Origin: Verrucomicrobiales bacterium
GTDB lineage: Bacteria > Verrucomicrobiota > Verrucomicrobiia > Verrucomicrobiales > DEV007
NCBI GenBank assembly: GCA_013213965.1
Contig: JABSSR010000113.1
Coordinates: forward strand, 1 to 47,785
Length of the DNA stretch: 47,785 nucleotides
Reading direction: 5' to 3'
The notes beneath the pieces are model-generated. The model worked only from the letters and a program-made list of their open reading frames with translations. It did no database searches and was not told where the DNA came from. The position numbers were made by a program, and so were the translations under genes. Shown here one piece after another: positions 45,033-47,785 of this stretch (position 1 is the stretch's first letter; each line of letters begins with the position of its first letter).

Positions 45033-46262
45033 TCAACGCCCCTGAATCTTTAGAGCATATTCAAGCCTATTATATGCAACATATTCTTCTGACAAATCAG
45101 AGGTAAATACTCTGTGATATCCTTTTCCGATATTAAGATCAATACGTAATGTGAATTCTTTTTTTGCTACTTGAGCCTTTAATTTGCCTATTGGAGTCGG
45201 AGCCACTATGCCATTAACCGCTGCTGCCAATGGACCAAAATAAATATCCACCTTATTTTCATCTACTCTCGCCCCAGAATATCCCACAGCATCAATGACT
45301 CTTCCCCAGTTCGGGTCTGATCCATTCCATGAGCACTTTACTAGAGAAGATTTAGCAACAGCTCGCGCTACTTTTTTAGCATCCAAGTCTGAAGAAGCGC
45401 CTTCAACCTCTATCCTTATGAATTTACTTGCTCCTTCTCCATCACGCACGAGTTGTTTTGAAAGGTCTAACATTACATTCTTAAGAGCCTCACTAAAATG
45501 CTTTAAGTCTTTGGATCCTTTCCTAGGACGACGATTTTTAGCAGTTCCATTGGCTAGAACAAGTACAGTGTCATTGGTACTCATATCACCATCAATACTG
45601 ATGCAATTAAATGTTTCATTGACTACTCGCTTAGTCATTTCACGCAGATCAACTTCTGATATCGCAGCGTCAGTCACAAAAAAAGCAAGCATAGTCGCCA
45701 TGTTAGGCGCAATCATTCCAGAACCCTTAGCTGTGCCAGTAATGGTAATTTCTTTACCACCAATTAAAGTCTTAACAGCACATACTTTATTTACTTTATC
45801 ACTGGTCATTATAGATCTAGAAAAATCCCCCCATCCGGAGATCCTTAATTTTTCTACAATCTTAGGAGTAGCTGCCTGCACTTTTGCTACAGGTAACGGA
45901 TACCCAATAATTCCAGTTGAACAAACAAATACCTGACGAGGTTCTAATCCAAGTGAAGATGCTGCGAATTGAGCCATTAATTTAGCATCATTTAATCCTT
46001 GTCTGCCATTACATGCATTTGCATTGCCGCTATTTACAATTACGGCCCGAATGTCACCACAGCTCAAATGACGCTTTGATAACCTAACTGGCGCGGCCTT
46101 GATACGATTCGTTGTGAAGGTCGCAGCCGAAACCGCTGGAAAATCAGAAATGACTATGCCGAGGTCCTTGGCACCACTATCCTTAATACCGCTGGATATA
46201 CCGGCAGCTCGAAAACCAATGGGTAGCTTTGCCGCACGTAGTTTTGTTATTCTTTCTGCCAT
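45033..46262 (-). CDS. argJ: Bifunctional ornithine acetyltransferase/N-acetylglutamate synthase
   Basis: GMIAPNMATMLAF self-cleavage site and DGDMSTNDT motif. Confidence 0.93.
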   Translation of the reverse strand: MAERITKLRAAKLPIGFRAAGISSGIKDSGAKDLGIVISDFPAVSAATFTTNRIKAAPVRLSKRHLSCGDIRAVIVNSGNANACNGRQGLNDAKLMAQFAASSLGLEPRQVFVCSTGIIGYPLPVAKVQAATPKIVEKLRISGWGDFSRSIMTSDKVNKVCAVKTLIGGKEITITGTAKGSGMIAPNMATMLAFFVTDAAISEVDLREMTKRVVNETFNCISIDGDMSTNDTVLVLANGTAKNRRPRKGSKDLKHFSEALKNVMLDLSKQLVRDGEGASKFIRIEVEGASSDLDAKKVARAVAKSSLVKCSWNGSDPNWGRVIDAVGYSGARVDENKVDIYFGPLAAAVNGIVAPTPIGKLKAQVAKKEFTLRIDLNIGKGYHRVFTSDLSEEYVAYNRLEYALKIQGR

Positions 46263-46298
46263 AATTGAATTTCGTTAATCAAATTCAACTTATTGCTA

Positions 46299-47348
46299 TC
46301 AAACAAGCCCCGTGGACTGATCAATACCACACATTAAGTTAAAGCTTTGTATTGCCTGGCCTGATGCCCCTTTAATTAGATTATCCTCGACACTCATAAA
46401 AACAAAACGATCACTGCGTTGGTCATATGACCAACTAATATCTATAAAGTTTGTATGAATAACATTTTTTGTATCAGGAGGAGTGTCTTCACCCAAAAGC
46501 CTTACAAAAGGCGCCGCCGAATATGTATTCTCCAGAGCCTCTTTGACCTCTTCATTACGAGCACCATTCTTGGAAGAAGCATAAATAATTGAACATATCC
46601 CAGTCGTTACAGGAACAAGGACAGGAGTAAATGATATGGTTACATTATTATCAGCAGCAATCGACAGTTCCTGTTCTATTTCACTTAAATGGCGATGCTT
46701 GGGGACTGAATAAGCGCGAATACTTTCATTGCACTCAGCAAAGAGCAACGCAGTATCAGCTTTCTTACCTGCTCCGCTAGTTCCACTCATACTGACAACT
46801 TGTATGGAGGAATCATCAATAAGATCTTCCTTAAGAATTGGAATTAAAGGTAATATGATACTCGTTGGATAACAGCCAGGCGAAGCCACTAACTTTGATT
46901 CCGCAATTTCTTTAGGCCTAATTTCGGGTAATCCATAAACAGCATTTGGAAGTCGGTCAGGATCCGGGTGCGCTTCACCATAAAAGTCTGCATAAATCTC
47001 AGGATCTGAGATCCGAAAATCCGCGCTTAAATCTATCACCTTTAATCCTGAATCAACCAAGGGGCCCGCATACTCAGCTGCAACACCATGAGGAAGAGCC
47101 AAAAAAATCACTTCAGCCCCACTCCCAATGATGAGATCAATTGTAGGATCTATAAATTCGAGTGCATCGGCTCGCTCCACAGCTCTGAACCTAGGGAAAA
47201 CTTCTGAAAGCTTACGCCCAGACTCAGCGCGCGAAGTTACACAAACCAGCTCCGCTAATTCATGGCTCAACAAAATACGGATCAATTCGGCACCAGAATA
47301 TCCACTAGCACCTACTACGGCCACCTTCGTTGAATCTACATTAGACAT
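46299..47348 (-). CDS. argC: N-acetyl-gamma-glutamyl-phosphate reductase
   Basis: VGASGYSGAEL Rossmann motif and active-site SPGCYPTS. I trimmed the start to the ATG at 47348; the track start at 47375 is TTG. Confidence 0.93.
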   Translation of the reverse strand: MSNVDSTKVAVVGASGYSGAELIRILLSHELAELVCVTSRAESGRKLSEVFPRFRAVERADALEFIDPTIDLIIGSGAEVIFLALPHGVAAEYAGPLVDSGLKVIDLSADFRISDPEIYADFYGEAHPDPDRLPNAVYGLPEIRPKEIAESKLVASPGCYPTSIILPLIPILKEDLIDDSSIQVVSMSGTSGAGKKADTALLFAECNESIRAYSVPKHRHLSEIEQELSIAADNNVTISFTPVLVPVTTGICSIIYASSKNGARNEEVKEALENTYSAAPFVRLLGEDTPPDTKNVIHTNFIDISWSYDQRSDRFVFMSVEDNLIKGASGQAIQSFNLMCGIDQSTGLV

Positions 47349-47506
47349 TCCTTTAATCCTCGCTTTCAGCCTCAATCAACGCAACTCACTTTTCACATGC
47401 TCTTAATACCTTCCTTTATTGGTTTTCTCTTGCTTAGATCAGACATGTGGTCAAATGTCAGCCGAGAAACCTTAAAAAAGGCAGTAATCCCTAATTAGGA
47501 TAATCT

Positions 47507-47583
47507 CGGGCCATGGCGCAGTTTGGTAGCGCGCTTCACTGGGGGTGAAGAGGTCGTGGGTTCAAATCCCGCTGGCCCGACCA
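47507..47583 (+). tRNA. tRNA-Pro (anticodon GGG) with encoded CCA
   Basis: Hand-folded cloverleaf. Acceptor CGGGCCA/TGGCCCG. D stem GCGC/GCGC. Anticodon stem CTTCA/TGAAG with loop CTGGGGG (anticodon 47541-47543). T arm GTGGG-TTCAAAT-CCCGC. Discriminator A followed by CCA. Confidence 0.9.
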
Positions 47584-47626
47584 TTCACACAATAAATTCT
47601 ATCAATCAGCAGCAAAAAAACTCATC

Positions 47627-47785
47627 TCATGGCATGAGGTCCGGACGATTCTCTAATGTCCTTTCAAGAGCAATCTTGCGCTTCCATTCTTTGATCTTTT
47701 CATGGTGACCGGAAAGAAGAACCTCAGGAACTTTCATTCCTTCAAAATCTGCCGGTCTCGTATAGCAGGGCGCCTCAAGGATCCC
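47627..47785 (-). CDS. trmD: tRNA (guanine37-N1)-methyltransferase, C-terminal 52 codons. The gene continues past the window edge.
   Basis: Hand translation of the minus strand gives [52 protein letters not shown]. This matches the conserved TrmD C-terminus (YTRP...VPEVLLSG-H...W). Confidence 0.85.
   Translation of the reverse strand, partial: GILEAPCYTRPADFEGMKVPEVLLSGHHEKIKEWKRKIALERTLENRPDLMP

Noticed and set aside
45295-45936. 213-aa ORF on the plus strand inside argJ
   Set aside because: It is entirely antisense to a strongly supported argJ CDS. Its composition is Ser/Leu/Thr-rich, typical of the reverse frame of a real gene. It has no motifs and no room for its own expression signals.
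47328-47350. ARG-box-like sequence (TTGAATCTACATTAGA) near the argC start
   Set aside because: It matches TGAAT-N4-ATT but fails in the second half (ATTAG versus ATTCA). It is a single copy, not the usual tandem boxes. It also lies over the start codon rather than a promoter.

Overview
This is a 47.8-kb, AT-rich, very gene-dense chromosomal segment with about 40 genes, many with overlapping or abutting junctions. It reads as core genome rather than an accessory island.

Content:
- Amino-acid biosynthesis: aroE, gltB-gltD, pheA, ilvD, serA and a complete argC-argJ-argB-argD-argF operon.
- Lipid starter genes: plsY-gpsA.
- Envelope and energy transduction: a TonB-like/exbB/exbD cluster and skp.
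- Peptidases of families M23, M20 and M50.
- Others: xylA, rex, scpB, polX, def, a two-gene sugar ABC module and an APS kinase with a degenerate sulfurylase-like N-domain.
- Window edges: an S1 sulfatase truncated at the 5' edge, tRNA-Pro(GGG), and the 3' end of trmD at the 3' edge.

The sulfatase, the secreted TPR/HEAT proteins, the weak Shine-Dalgarno signals and the general look of the proteins suggest a marine PVC-group bacterium (Verrucomicrobiota or Lentisphaerota-like). That is inference only.

I saw no CRISPR array, transposase, integrase, phage genes or rRNA. I did not find a convincing multi-gene novel system.

The best leads are single-gene oddities:
1. A hybrid histidine-kinase-like protein whose phospho-acceptor His is replaced by Asp.
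2. A TonB-like protein carrying an unusual N-terminal beta-rich module and a non-proline linker.
3. An unannotated 41-codon signal-peptide sORF directly after an 890-aa secreted TPR/HEAT protein.
4. A 499-aa protein of unknown function with polybasic ends.
5. IlvD with a Lys/Ala-rich, histone-H1-like N-terminal tail.

Several ORF-track starts are TTG/GTG extensions. I trimmed these to downstream ATGs where family N-termini or signal peptides support it.
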